DNA of 64,000 nucleotides from a virus. Its lineage: Duplodnaviria > Caudoviricetes. Below are positions 29,523-40,339 of the stretch, piece by piece. Where the stretch lies: IMG/VR virus record IMGVR_UViG_2901201504_000001, positions 73,120 through 137,119 of that record; one strand, given 5' to 3'. The notes beneath the pieces were generated by a model, which had not been told where the DNA came from, searched no databases, and saw only the letters and a program-made list of their open reading frames with translations. Positions within the stretch are counted from its first letter, which is position 1. The number at the start of each line of letters is the position of its first letter. A program made the translations under genes and the position numbers.

Positions 29523-29732
29523 ATGGATTTGGATATTAATAAGTTAATAAACAGTGATTTTGAGATGCTCAAGAAGCTTGGGTGGTTGCTATATCATAGG
29601 GAAGATCAAAACGGTGGTTTGAATTTAGAAGAAATACATAATTTGTTGAGCATAGTAACTGTTGGAGCAATTGAAAAGGTGTATGAAAACGGCTTTAGTG
29701 ATGGAATAAGTGAAGCGATAAGCGGCCATTAA
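29523..29732 (+). CDS. hypothetical protein
   Basis: AAAGGAG RBS. Confidence 0.6.
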   Translation: MDLDINKLINSDFEMLKKLGWLLYHREDQNGGLNLEEIHNLLSIVTVGAIEKVYENGFSDGISEAISGH

Positions 29733-29807
29733 AACATAGATTTTATTCATTAGTTTATAAACTGTTTTTGTATTATGTTTCCTAAAAATTATTGAGGAGG
29801 AATAATC

Positions 29808-30497
29808 ATGGATTTAAATAAAATGGTCGTTGCTAGTTTAGCGAAAATGGAGTCTGAAGGAAAGGTACAGGAGATTGTTGAGAAGCACTTGGAAAGTTCA
29901 ATTGAAAGCGCGGTAAAAGATTTATTTGGTAGTTGGAGCGATTTTTCTAAGGACTTAAAGAAAACTATGCAGGAAGAATTACAAATCAATCTTAAGGAAC
30001 TTCAAATTGGATCGTATAACCATATGGTTTTAAATGCAATTAAAGAAAAATTGGATATGACAATTTCTAATACTGGAATTGAAAAGCTCAAATCTGAATT
30101 AGATGAAATGCTAGTAAGTGAGCAGAAGGAGTATAAACTTTCTGAGCTTATTGAACAGCTTAAAAATGATGCTATAGGTTATGGAGATCCAGAAGATTTT
30201 GAAGGGCAAGAGATTTCCTTCCATCATGATCCAGATAGGAAAATACTTCATTTTATATATTTTGATTCTAAAGAAGATAAAGGGCAGTATGAGTGCAAAT
30301 ACCGCCTAGTAATAAACCCTAAAGACGGAACACTTCAAAGTGCAGATATTGATGATAGGAAATTTGATAATCGTGTAATTATGGGTGGGCTTAATGGATT
30401 AGATGAGATGTTATTCAAAATCTATACAACTGGAGCAAAAATCATTGTAGATAGTGATTGTGTTGAAACTTATTATCCAAATCCATATGAAGATTAA
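29808..30497 (+). CDS. hypothetical phage protein
   Basis: GAGGAGG RBS, 229 aa. Confidence 0.7.
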   Translation: MDLNKMVVASLAKMESEGKVQEIVEKHLESSIESAVKDLFGSWSDFSKDLKKTMQEELQINLKELQIGSYNHMVLNAIKEKLDMTISNTGIEKLKSELDEMLVSEQKEYKLSELIEQLKNDAIGYGDPEDFEGQEISFHHDPDRKILHFIYFDSKEDKGQYECKYRLVINPKDGTLQSADIDDRKFDNRVIMGGLNGLDEMLFKIYTTGAKIIVDSDCVETYYPNPYED

Positions 30498-30514
30498 ATA
30501 GGGGAGGAAGAAAG

Positions 30515-30784
30515 ATGCCATTTATAGTTCCGTTTGAAACAGAATTTTGTGGAGAAATTCGGAAGGTTTATGCTGTCAACAATGATAATCCAACTAAAAC
30601 CTTTTGCAGTAATGTAACGACATCAGAAGTTTGTCCACACTGCAACGAAAGAAACTTTTTCAGATTTTATGATCATAAAAGAGAGTACGAAAAAGGAGGG
30701 TGGGCAATAGAGGTATATGATTGTAAATGTCCGTCCTGCCAGAAAAAATTTGATGTAGAAGTCGAATATGAGTTAGATATTTAA
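30515..30784 (+). CDS. Zn-ribbon protein
   Basis: CPHC..CPSC. Confidence 0.6.
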   Translation: MPFIVPFETEFCGEIRKVYAVNNDNPTKTFCSNVTTSEVCPHCNERNFFRFYDHKREYEKGGWAIEVYDCKCPSCQKKFDVEVEYELDI

Positions 30785-30855
30785 CTCGTAAACAAAAGAA
30801 TTATTAAGTTGCTCTAAAAAGTTTTTGAAATAAAAAAAGACGAGTTTTCTCGTCT

Positions 30856-31026
30856 CTAATCTTTGAGTTTATCGAGCTTTTCAGAAATAGTTCTAAGAAG
30901 TTCATTTCGTTCCTTTTGTATTTTGAAATATTTTATTACAAACCAAATTACGAAAACAATCGGAACTATATAATATAGCAAAGTTGTAAATGTAAGCAGA
31001 TTAACCCAACCAGAAGTTTCTACCAT
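30856..31026 (-). CDS. small single-TM membrane protein
   Basis: AAAGGAGG RBS, TM + ISEKLDK tail; hairpin 30838-30855. Confidence 0.65.
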   Translation of the reverse strand: MVETSGWVNLLTFTTLLYYIVPIVFVIWFVIKYFKIQKERNELLRTISEKLDKLKD

Positions 31027-31186
31027 AATTAAGCCTCCTTTTTTATATAAATATACCATTTCATGTTGTAATTGAGGCTTAATTTTATGAAAAGGTACAA
31101 TTTTTAGTTAATTCGAATTAAGAAAGATTAGGAAACACAAGGTTGATTTAGTCATCTAAAAGAAAAATCCCTTCAAACTGAAGAGG

Positions 31187-31375
31187 TCAACTTTTCTTTT
31201 CTTTTTCTAATAATTCAATTACTTTATCGAGTTTTTCTTCTACCGACTTTGAATTACTGGACTGATTTTTTAGGGAAAATACAAATTTAATAACACGATA
31301 AACACCATAGAACATTGCTAAATTGATAACAAACAGAATTAGTTGGGCTATCATATCACCATAATTAAAGTTCAT
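31187..31375 (-). CDS. DUF4083-like small membrane protein
   Basis: MNFNYGDMIAQL...VEEKLDKVIELLEK. Confidence 0.7.
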   Translation of the reverse strand: MNFNYGDMIAQLILFVINLAMFYGVYRVIKFVFSLKNQSSNSKSVEEKLDKVIELLEKEKKS

Positions 31376-31464
31376 AGTAATTCTCCTGTTTTGGATTATT
31401 ATACCATATTCAGTTGGCCGAATGAATTTATGAAACACAAGGCGATTATGTAGTTGAAAAATAT

Positions 31465-31716
31465 TTATAAATCAAAGAAATGATGTAAGCAAAAAATTAG
31501 AGTGTAAAAAAGAATAAGAAATAAGAACTCTTTAAGAACTCCTATTAAAGATAGTTTATTTCTGGTTAGATTTAAAATAAATATACATGCTCCCATTAAA
31601 TAGAACCAAAGAACCGATGGAAAAAAAAGGTTTAGAGAAGCTAGTAAAATTACCAAAATAATATTTATTGTATTCGTTTTTTTAGAACTCTGATTTGGTT
31701 GAGTGGCGGTAGTCAT
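31465..31716 (-). CDS. small membrane protein
   Basis: hydrophobic ORF with AAAGGAG RBS. Confidence 0.6.
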   Translation of the reverse strand: MTTATQPNQSSKKTNTINIILVILLASLNLFFPSVLWFYLMGACIFILNLTRNKLSLIGVLKEFLFLILFYTLIFCLHHFFDL

Positions 31717-31852
31717 AAGTTATTCTCCTTTTCTTGAATTAGAATAACTTACATTTACTAAATACTCAATAAATTATATGGAAACAAAAGGCTGAATTAG
31801 TTCGTGAAAAAATCACCCTCAACAAATACAAGAGGGTGATTTAAAGAAAATT

Positions 31853-32368
31853 TTATTCTTTGTTTTGAGTTTGCATATGAAGTGGTGGTGGAACTAACCA
31901 ACCTTTTTCTTTCAAAATTTGTAATAATGCTGCTCCATCTTTTAAACTTTTTGCACTTTGTTGAATGAGCATTAAAGCAATATCTTCTCGGATACATTGA
32001 CTAATAAGGGCACTCATAGCAGTTAATCCAGTAGCAATATCTCGAGCTATAGCATATGCAATTTGAGCATCCTGAAATCTTGCTCCTACGGGTATCTGCT
32101 CAATGTCTACTTCTGGTCTTTCAGCAGGAGTAGGTGGAACTGCAACATCGTTTGCAACTAATAGTTGTTCAAGTTCTTTAATAGAAGGTTTGATACTTGA
32201 AGTTATTACATCCTTAATAAATTGTTTTAGATCTTTATCACCAGTGTGATTACAATAGACATGGTATCCGTCTAATGAAGCTTTTGCTACTGATAATTGT
32301 GTATATATACCATATACCTCACCATAGTGCATTGGTTCGTTTTGAGGATTACCACTTAGAATACCCAT
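31853..32368 (-). CDS. DUF3231-family ferritin-like (sporulation-associated) protein
   Basis: MGILSGNP..EPMHYGEV...KGWLVPPPLH signature. Confidence 0.85.
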   Translation of the reverse strand: MGILSGNPQNEPMHYGEVYGIYTQLSVAKASLDGYHVYCNHTGDKDLKQFIKDVITSSIKPSIKELEQLLVANDVAVPPTPAERPEVDIEQIPVGARFQDAQIAYAIARDIATGLTAMSALISQCIREDIALMLIQQSAKSLKDGAALLQILKEKGWLVPPPLHMQTQNKE

Positions 32369-33164
32369 TTGTACACTCTCCTTGATATTAAAAAATTTGA
32401 ATCTTACAGGTGTTAGTATGTGTACATTTTTGAAAAATATATACTGAATTACAAAAAATGATTTATCTTATAAAAAAAGATGCTCCTTTAGATAAAAGAA
32501 GCATCAAATGGAGAGCGCCAATGCGCGAATTATCCTATTTAGTATAAGTGATTAGTTGAATCAGCTAGCAAATGTGATAAATAGGATTGATTTTATTGTT
32601 CTCTAAGTAATAAAAAATATGTGTTAGAAAACAAAAAATCCAGCAGAGGTGAAGATGCTGGATAAAAGGCTAACCGTTCATTATCTATTGTTTTTTCAAG
32701 GAGGGAATATGTCAAACAGAAAAACAAGGTTGCAAGGAATGTTTTTTATGAATACCACAATATAAGGTTATGTATAAAACAAAAAACGGTGCTTATCTAA
32801 TTTAAATATTCTTATTTTAGCATTTTGAAAATCCAAATAAATAATATTAAACCAAATAATATAATTAACAAATATGTAATACCTGAAGATGTAATCAATG
32901 AAATATCACCAACCGTTTTTACTTATATGATTAGTGTGATTGAGAATTTTATACAAGTTTTGTTTTTTTAATTCATAAAGAGCAAAGGAAACAAAAGAGT
33001 AATTATGTAGTGCTAGATAAAGAAACAGAAAAAGAGGACGTTTTAAACACCAACCTTAAGTTCGTTTGGCCTACATGATAGCCAAGTTGGTTTCAACATC
33101 CTCACTAAATATTTATGGTCAATAGCTGTAAAGTTTAGTCATCTGGGATAAAAAATAAGATCAA

Positions 33165-33353
33165 CTATTTCGGAGTCTTATCCAAATTCTTATTAAGTTT
33201 AATTACTTCTTCAGTAAGAATATTTAATTGATCAAGAATTAAAAGGAGTAAACCACATACAAGGCCAACTAAAGCGCCCAGTTTTTCAGCTAATATAAAG
33301 CCTAGTATTATACATGGTAAAAAATATAAAAGAATTCTCAATTGATACACCAC
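33165..33353 (-). CDS. small membrane protein
   Basis: hydrophobic ORF. Confidence 0.5.
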   Translation of the reverse strand: MVYQLRILLYFLPCIILGFILAEKLGALVGLVCGLLLLILDQLNILTEEVIKLNKNLDKTPK

Positions 33354-33756
33354 TTCCTTATCATACGATTTTAAGAGGATTGGGTATTTGGGATAGAATT
33401 CCTTGTTACTACATATTAAATATTAATTAATATTGTTATAAATAGAGGTTAATATTTCTATTCTTCTCTAACATGAGGTTGTAACATATAACCTACTTTA
33501 GCATTGCATTCTGGACATAGTGGGTCATCATTTATATATGTTGTATCTTCAAATTTTACTTTATTGTCGCATATTTCACATCTAATATATTTGCTCATCG
33601 GTATTTCTCCTTTTGAGTTTTTTTATATCTATATTAAAGATATTAAAAGTTTATTCATTGAAAACTGTAAAGAAGAAATAACTTGATACAGTAAGTATTT
33701 CGGAAACAGTAAAAGAACTTACTATAAAATCATTCTTTTATTAGAGGTGCTAGAAA

Positions 33757-33957
33757 ATGAGATATATCGTAGAAGCAAGTGATATAAAGAAGTTTAAGTT
33801 TTGTCCATATTGTGGAAGCAATTTAATTTCGGTAAATGACGGAGATTATAACGGACAGACGGAATGTACGAAATGTGAAGAAGAATTAGAGTTTCTTATT
33901 CTTGAGGAATATAGAGAGCGTTATCCTGCACGGTTTGAAACGATGATTAGGAGGTAA
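33757..33957 (+). CDS. Zn-ribbon protein
   Basis: CPYCG..CTKC. Confidence 0.6.
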   Translation: MRYIVEASDIKKFKFCPYCGSNLISVNDGDYNGQTECTKCEEELEFLILEEYRERYPARFETMIRR

Positions 33958-34146
33958 CTAGTGTGGCTGATATTATGATGTGCGGTAACGATAAATGCGA
34001 ACAGAAAGAAGGTTGTTTGCGATATATTGCAATTCCAAATAAATACGGTCAATCTTATTTAGCTGATCCAGTTGAAAATTGTGAGGAGAATGATTGGATT
34101 TTATTTGTTGAAGCAAATTAATGAAAAAAGTTAGGAGGTTGAGATT

Positions 34147-34662
34147 TTGTTAGATGTTAATAGATATAAACCAAAAGTTAAAAATGAATCTGATAAATAT
34201 TCATGGAATTTGTATAGATTTTTAAACAAACAAGTAAGACAAAGAGATATTGGAAAATACGTAAAGAAGCAAATTAAAATATATTGGCTAACTCATTCTA
34301 GATGGGATGGAAGGTATCTTGAGTTTGAACCTGATAATTTAAGATTGGATCAATTGCTTATAAGTCCATTCGGTGGGAGAGTTGGGTATTCACTTTCTGA
34401 GATACTTGCTAAAGGATATGGGACAGAATGGTCTTTTCCGTGGAAAGATGATGAATTAATTGATATTACCGATTGGTTTTTCAGTACATATGAGCGTGAT
34501 GGAAGATGTATTTTTGATAGAGGACATAATGGATGGATGCTAGGCACAGACAAGAGATTTACTTATGTAAACAATACAAGAAAGTGTAATTGTTGTGGTC
34601 AGTGGCATGAGAAGGAAATTAGGAAAGTGCAGACTATTGAAAGAAAAGTTTATTGGGTGTGA
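34147..34662 (+). CDS. hypothetical phage protein with C-terminal Zn site
   Basis: AGGAGG RBS. Confidence 0.65.
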   Translation: MLDVNRYKPKVKNESDKYSWNLYRFLNKQVRQRDIGKYVKKQIKIYWLTHSRWDGRYLEFEPDNLRLDQLLISPFGGRVGYSLSEILAKGYGTEWSFPWKDDELIDITDWFFSTYERDGRCIFDRGHNGWMLGTDKRFTYVNNTRKCNCCGQWHEKEIRKVQTIERKVYWV

Positions 34663-34689
34663 TAGTTTTATAGAAATGAGGTGTTTATA

Positions 34690-34959
34690 ATGAAAAAACT
34701 AATTCTAACATTAACATTATTAGCATTTCTTACAGGATGTTCTGATGAAAGTAAGAAGAAAGAACCTATTAAGAAATTACCAAATGCTGAAGTATTTCAT
34801 GATAGTGCATTTAAATTTTCAGGAAATTTAGTGGTTAACAATGGTAAGCAAATCCTAGAGTTAAACTACGATGCCGGGAAGTTTGATTTTGAAAAAGGTA
34901 AAAACTACGATATTTATTATCAAGGAAATGATCTTAAAGCTGCTAAAAAAGTAAAATAA
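34690..34959 (+). CDS. lipoprotein
   Basis: MKK + hydrophobic stretch + LTGC lipobox. Confidence 0.7.
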   Translation: MKKLILTLTLLAFLTGCSDESKKKEPIKKLPNAEVFHDSAFKFSGNLVVNNGKQILELNYDAGKFDFEKGKNYDIYYQGNDLKAAKKVK

Positions 34960-35168
34960 ATTAAAATGTAATGTTTTTGTTTAGTGAAGTGAACTTGCTC
35001 ATACATTTACTGATATGAAATGACGATTTTAATGTGACAATTTTAGTACATATAGTCATTCTAAAGGAACATAAGGAACTTTAGAGGAATTTAAAGACAA
35101 CATGAACATTGTTAGAATTAAATCCTAGTGATAGACTCTTGGTATATTTTATTAAGAGGTGGTAAACA

Positions 35169-35945
35169 ATGGATTTTTATTCAATCATTGCAACAAAAGA
35201 TGGCTTTTATGACTTAGTTGAGAATCAATTTGCTATCGATAGGACATTGCGTAGTCAAACTCTAGTAAAACGGTATAAATCTAAATCGGGAGCTAAAAAA
35301 GCATTAGAGCGTTATGAACGAGAAAAAAGATGGAAAGATGCAGAAGAGTACGTTGCAAATTTAGATTTATCTAAGTTTAAGCTGCTACCTTCTGTAAAAC
35401 CAAGTCTTTTTCACGGACATACGGTGAGAAAAAATGTTAAAGACTATATTTGGTCGAGAAAAGTACGTCCTGTTGTGTTAGAAAGAGGAGGAAAAACCTG
35501 TTCTGTTTGCGGGTGGATACCAAAGAGTGAAGAGGAAATAAGGAATCTCCATTTACACGAGGTAGAAGAGTATGATTTTCATAATAGGGTGTGTCATTTA
35601 AAAGAAATTGAACTTATTTGTGCAAAATGCCATGCATTTCATCACATAGCTCGAACTAGGTCATATTCTACGAAAGAACAGTGGGAAGACTTACTCAATC
35701 ATTTTATACAAGTAAATGGATGTGATCCTAAAATAGCGGATTGTTGGAATGAATTTTTGATGAGCATAAGGCTTCACCGGTTAGAAGATGATAAAGATAG
35801 AGATTATTCTAAAGATTCACCATCTCTTCAAGAACAAATGAAGAAAATGGTACGTTATACTGTTAGTCCTCATATTCCCTTTGCGAATGAAATGATGGAT
35901 AAGTTAGAAAAACAAGGGCTGCTTTACTATCCTGAATGTCAATAA
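35169..35945 (+). CDS. HNH endonuclease-domain protein
   Basis: CSVC...LHLHE...CAKCHAFHH. Confidence 0.7.
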   Translation: MDFYSIIATKDGFYDLVENQFAIDRTLRSQTLVKRYKSKSGAKKALERYEREKRWKDAEEYVANLDLSKFKLLPSVKPSLFHGHTVRKNVKDYIWSRKVRPVVLERGGKTCSVCGWIPKSEEEIRNLHLHEVEEYDFHNRVCHLKEIELICAKCHAFHHIARTRSYSTKEQWEDLLNHFIQVNGCDPKIADCWNEFLMSIRLHRLEDDKDRDYSKDSPSLQEQMKKMVRYTVSPHIPFANEMMDKLEKQGLLYYPECQ

Positions 35946-36481
35946 AAGCAACATTCAGTAGAACATAGAAGAAAAGGATCAGCTATTCTTTTCTTCTATA
36001 AAATAAATATTTAAATGGAGATGATTAAATGATTGTGCAATTAAAAGATACAGATGGGAACATTGTAAATGAAAAGAATATTGTTTTAAAGGAAGGTGAT
36101 ACACTAATAGTCAAATATGATCAAAATATCCCAACTTCAACTGCTGTTAGAATATATGATAACATTACGAAATCATTGGAAGATAATAAAAAGGTGATTG
36201 CTATACCTGATATGATATTCATAGCCAACGTATGTAGTACGAGCTGTATTAATTATTGAAGCAACTTCTTCTTGAGTTAAACCATGTATCTCTCTTAACT
36301 CTTGTAATCTTTTAATTAGCAATTTATGCACCATCCCTAACATACACTAATACTATTTCTATATTATAGGAGTAAATAATTGCTAATTGTTTCTATGTTG
36401 CAAAACTCGACTTTGTTGTTCGGAAAATTGACATGTAGTAATCAAATAATAAACACCTAAACCTAAAGGAGATAGGCAACC

Positions 36482-36715
36482 ATGCTTGATGATTTAAAAG
36501 ATGAGGATAAGTTAGAGCATATTAATGCATTAATTGTTGCAGAGAATGTTGAAGGGTTTGTAGCATACTATAATGAAAGATACATAATTGTTGATCCTTT
36601 TACTACAGATTACACAGAAGATGAAGATTGCCCAGAGTTTAAAAGTAATATGATGTTAGAAGGTATTTGGTTTGATGACGAAACTTTGTTAGTGTATCAT
36701 GCTGCTAATATTTAA
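36482..36715 (+). CDS. small acidic protein
   Basis: AAAGGAG RBS. Confidence 0.6.
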   Translation: MLDDLKDEDKLEHINALIVAENVEGFVAYYNERYIIVDPFTTDYTEDEDCPEFKSNMMLEGIWFDDETLLVYHAANI

Positions 36716-36788
36716 GATAAGAAAGAATACTAAATATCCAAATCAATTGGGTATTTAAAATAAAAGTTAAATAAATTAAAATTTATAG

Positions 36789-36817
36789 TTGATTTTTCGA
36801 AAAGGCATGTATATAAT
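36789..36817 (+). promoter_or_regulatory. SigA promoter upstream of the replication genes
   Basis: TTGATT-17-TATAAT with AAAAGTTAAATAAA just upstream. Confidence 0.75.
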
Positions 36818-36865
36818 AAGAATTAAGGAAGAACATTCCAATGAAATTTGAAAGGTGGTGAGATA

Positions 36866-37222
36866 GTGAAGGTTAACGGTATCAAGATTTATAAAGTTTC
36901 ACCAGATGTGATTACATACTATAAACAGAATGTAAAAGGCAATAAAGATTTAAACGATCATGAAATTACTTTGAAGATTACTAGAAACATTCTAATTGCT
37001 CATAAAGTAAATAAAAATATACTGACAGGTAAAGCAACATATATTTATGGTAACTTACTTATTAGGTGCAAATGGAATAAAGTGATCGAAGTAAACAACA
37101 GTCCTGAGAATAGCATATCAACATGGAAGCTTAGTAAGAAGAAATACATAGAATTAAACAAGATGCTTGGCATTAAAGATTGTAAGTTTACTAGAAGCAT
37201 TAAGAGTAAAAAAGTTGTATAG
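36866..37222 (+). CDS. basic hypothetical protein
   Basis: ORF after promoter; start uncertain. Confidence 0.6.
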   Translation: MKVNGIKIYKVSPDVITYYKQNVKGNKDLNDHEITLKITRNILIAHKVNKNILTGKATYIYGNLLIRCKWNKVIEVNNSPENSISTWKLSKKKYIELNKMLGIKDCKFTRSIKSKKVV

Positions 37223-37317
37223 TTAGTAAAAAGTTAATTAACGTAAAGTTATTAAAATGAAATTTAAGTTTTATTGGAACACAAATACTAATTAAAATTA
37301 AAGGGGAACTGCTATAT

Positions 37318-38559
37318 ATGACAAGATTATATAATTCATTCGATTTTACTGGGAACATTTCAATTCCAAAAGGAGAACGTTTCTATAAGCAAGAAACATT
37401 TGAACCTAGTGGATGGTATAAAGAGACAATTAACTTTGCTGTACAGGAGTCCAAAACTAACAGTGCATTTGTAAAATTAGATGGTGGATTTTCAAAGAAG
37501 AAGCAAAACGTTGTCAAATCTTTCAGTAAAGGTACAGAAAACGAAAGTGGATCAAGCATTGAAATTCCATGGGCAGATAGAAATAAAGAAGAAACTTTAG
37601 ATATTGTTGCTGATTTTAAGAAAGTAGTTGTTGATCTTACTACTGACCAAGAAGTAAAAGATAAGATCAATCAATTAAGATATGAAGTCCGCAATATTGA
37701 ATATCAAGATGAAAAATCAGAAACAGACTTGGTTAAACTTAAAGAATTGAAAACAAAACTTAAAGAAATTGCAATTGATAGACATGAATTTGTTCACCCT
37801 TATGATGCTGTAGTTTTCCTTTCTACTAATCTAGAAGTACATAAAAATCGTAAATTTAGAATAACTGGTGATATTTCAATCAGTCATTCAAAAGGTAAAT
37901 TTTATAGAGACTTTGTACCAACTATGATAGAAATCGTTTCTGATGAAGAAAAATCAAAACTTCGTGCAACCATGGATGTTTATTTTACTCAAGAATCACT
38001 TGATGATGTTGACTTTGAAGAAAGTAAAAAAGTGTTAATCAACGGGTATATCCAAAGTTATGATAGTGGGCACAAGAAAGACAAGTTCTTCCCAACTCAA
38101 TTTGTTATTAATGCGTCAAAATTGGATTTCGAAAATGAGTCACATGTGAAACGCTTTGAGTTTCTTAAAAAGAAATTTGATGTTGAAGATGGTGTTTATC
38201 ATCAACAGTGGGAAGTTGCTGTATTCCGAGGAGCTGATGAGGAAGAATTTACAGAAGAACATCTAACTGATTCTCAAAAAGAAGCTATTGAATTTGGATA
38301 CAACAAGTTGGAAGACTTCAAACCAAAAGGCGGAGTATTAGGAGAAACAGTTATTGAAAACCGTTTAGTTAAACCTAATTTACAAAAAGTAAATGGACAT
38401 GATTTCACTAATGGGGCTGTAATAACTCCTTTCGAAGAAGAACATTTAATCTATGTTGCTCCAGTTATTAATAAGAAAGTTGAAGCACCGAAAGAGGAAC
38501 TGGTTGTTACTGAAAACGAAAAGCCAGAAGAAGTTGAATTAGACGATCTATTTGGTTGA
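37318..38559 (+). CDS. putative ssDNA-binding protein
   Basis: beta-rich, acidic tail ending DDLFG; first gene of the replication operon. Confidence 0.6.
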   Translation: MTRLYNSFDFTGNISIPKGERFYKQETFEPSGWYKETINFAVQESKTNSAFVKLDGGFSKKKQNVVKSFSKGTENESGSSIEIPWADRNKEETLDIVADFKKVVVDLTTDQEVKDKINQLRYEVRNIEYQDEKSETDLVKLKELKTKLKEIAIDRHEFVHPYDAVVFLSTNLEVHKNRKFRITGDISISHSKGKFYRDFVPTMIEIVSDEEKSKLRATMDVYFTQESLDDVDFEESKKVLINGYIQSYDSGHKKDKFFPTQFVINASKLDFENESHVKRFEFLKKKFDVEDGVYHQQWEVAVFRGADEEEFTEEHLTDSQKEAIEFGYNKLEDFKPKGGVLGETVIENRLVKPNLQKVNGHDFTNGAVITPFEEEHLIYVAPVINKKVEAPKEELVVTENEKPEEVELDDLFG

Positions 38560-38634
38560 TATTGAGGTGATAACTCAGCTATCTAATATATTTATATACA
38601 TAATAAATTTAAAATAAAAGGGGATTAAATATTT

Positions 38635-39753
38635 ATGGCTAGAAAATTCGGGAAAAAGAACAAAATTAAAGTAGATCCATTAGCATACAACATTGGTTTA
38701 ATTGGGGAATCCGGTATTGGTAAAACTACACTTGCTAAAGATGTATGTGAAACTTTGGTTGGTGAAGATGGTTATCTAATTCTGAATATTGGAAAAGAAG
38801 ATGGAGTAGATGCTATTCCTGATGCAATTTATGAAAATGCTCCTGATTGGAAAACATTTAACGCCATTGTTACTGACATTGTTAAGAATAAGAACACTGA
38901 CTATAAAGATTTGAAAGTAATCGTGTATGACACTATGGATGAATTGTTTAGAATTACTGAACCAGAGGTTGTTAGATTACATAATGTAGAAAATCCAGAC
39001 AAACAAGTGAAAACAATTAAAGCAGCATTTGGAGGTTTTCAAGCTGGTGAAGATAAAGCTATTGAGATAATTCTTGATCGAATTTGGTCATTGAAGAAAG
39101 TTGGTGTATCAATGTTTTACATTGGTCATACCAAAAAGAGAACACTTACAGATGCAGTTACAGGTATTGAATACGACATGTTAACAACAAATATGTTGGC
39201 TAAATACTTTAACGCAATTAAAACAAAACTACATGTTCTAGGAGTAGCTTCGGTTAATAGAAAAATTGAAACTAAAATGGTGAAACAAAAAGTCGGAAAA
39301 GACAAACAAGTTGGTTCAATAGTTGATGAATCTCGTATCATCACTTTCCGTGACGATAACTTTAACATTGATTCAAAATCTAGATTTACAGAAATCATTC
39401 CACAAATTCCATTGGATTATAATGCATTTATAAATGCCGTTAATGATGCAATTAAAGTAGCTCATGCTAAACAAAAAACCAATACCAACTCAATCGAAGA
39501 GGATCGAGCAGAGCAAGAAGTGGAAAAGGAAAAAGAAATTGACGAAGCTGTAGAAACCAATCAACTGACATTAGTGGATGTAGAAGAAAATGTTGAACTA
39601 TCTGAACAAATTAGACTTAAACTACCAGAAGCTTCTGCTGAAGTAAAGGTAGAAATTAAAGAGACATTGGCTAAATATAAAGTTAAATCTTTGGGTGATA
39701 CTGAAGGAACTCCAACAATCGTATTCCGAGAGATTGCAACTTTGTTAGGATAA
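38635..39753 (+). CDS. AAA_24/Sak4-like ATPase (YorG-like)
   Basis: GESGIGKT, Walker B VIVYDT, IGH. Confidence 0.8.
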   Translation: MARKFGKKNKIKVDPLAYNIGLIGESGIGKTTLAKDVCETLVGEDGYLILNIGKEDGVDAIPDAIYENAPDWKTFNAIVTDIVKNKNTDYKDLKVIVYDTMDELFRITEPEVVRLHNVENPDKQVKTIKAAFGGFQAGEDKAIEIILDRIWSLKKVGVSMFYIGHTKKRTLTDAVTGIEYDMLTTNMLAKYFNAIKTKLHVLGVASVNRKIETKMVKQKVGKDKQVGSIVDESRIITFRDDNFNIDSKSRFTEIIPQIPLDYNAFINAVNDAIKVAHAKQKTNTNSIEEDRAEQEVEKEKEIDEAVETNQLTLVDVEENVELSEQIRLKLPEASAEVKVEIKETLAKYKVKSLGDTEGTPTIVFREIATLLG

Positions 39754-39805
39754 TTTCATAGAGGGGAATAGTTTTCCCCTCTTATGTTTACAAAGGGGAG
39801 TAATT

Positions 39806-40339
39806 ATGGCTAGAAAGTGTATATGTAAAGTATGTAAGGCACAAGGTGATACTGATACTTTTTATAAAGTTAGAGAAGGAAATGTTAATAAATATTACTG
39901 TAACAAAGAAGAATATGAACATAATTTTAAATTAAAACAACAAAGAAAAGTATTAATGGAATATGTCGCAATTGATGTTCTTGGTTATGAAGAAGGTCAA
40001 ATAGTAAATCCAGTCATGGTTAGAAAGATCAATGAATTGAATAAGTTTTATGATTTCGAAGTGATTCTTGAAACATTTAAACAATGCAAAGAAAATATAC
40101 ACTATTGGATTAATAACAAGAACTTTGCTAATGAATTTGGAATGGTTAGTTACATAATGAAAATTGTTGAAGGAAGCATAAATGATGTTCACGCTAAATG
40201 GAAACATTTGAAATCAGTGAAAGCTAAACAGGATGTAAACAACTTGGATGTAAACATTCTCAATGACATTGAAGAAGTGAAAGTAAGTCAAAAGAAGAAA
40301 GAGGATATTTTATCGTTCTTAGATGAGGAGGATGTGTAA
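39806..40339 (+). CDS. Zn-finger replication protein (YorH-like)
   Basis: N-terminal CKVC..YYC; precedes helicase. Confidence 0.6.
   Translation: MARKCICKVCKAQGDTDTFYKVREGNVNKYYCNKEEYEHNFKLKQQRKVLMEYVAIDVLGYEEGQIVNPVMVRKINELNKFYDFEVILETFKQCKENIHYWINNKNFANEFGMVSYIMKIVEGSINDVHAKWKHLKSVKAKQDVNNLDVNILNDIEEVKVSQKKKEDILSFLDEEDV

Noticed and set aside
31432-31456. dif-like site (TTATGTA arm)
   Set aside because: Only the right arm partly resembles Bacillus dif; the left arm does not match, so it is treated as part of the variant site family
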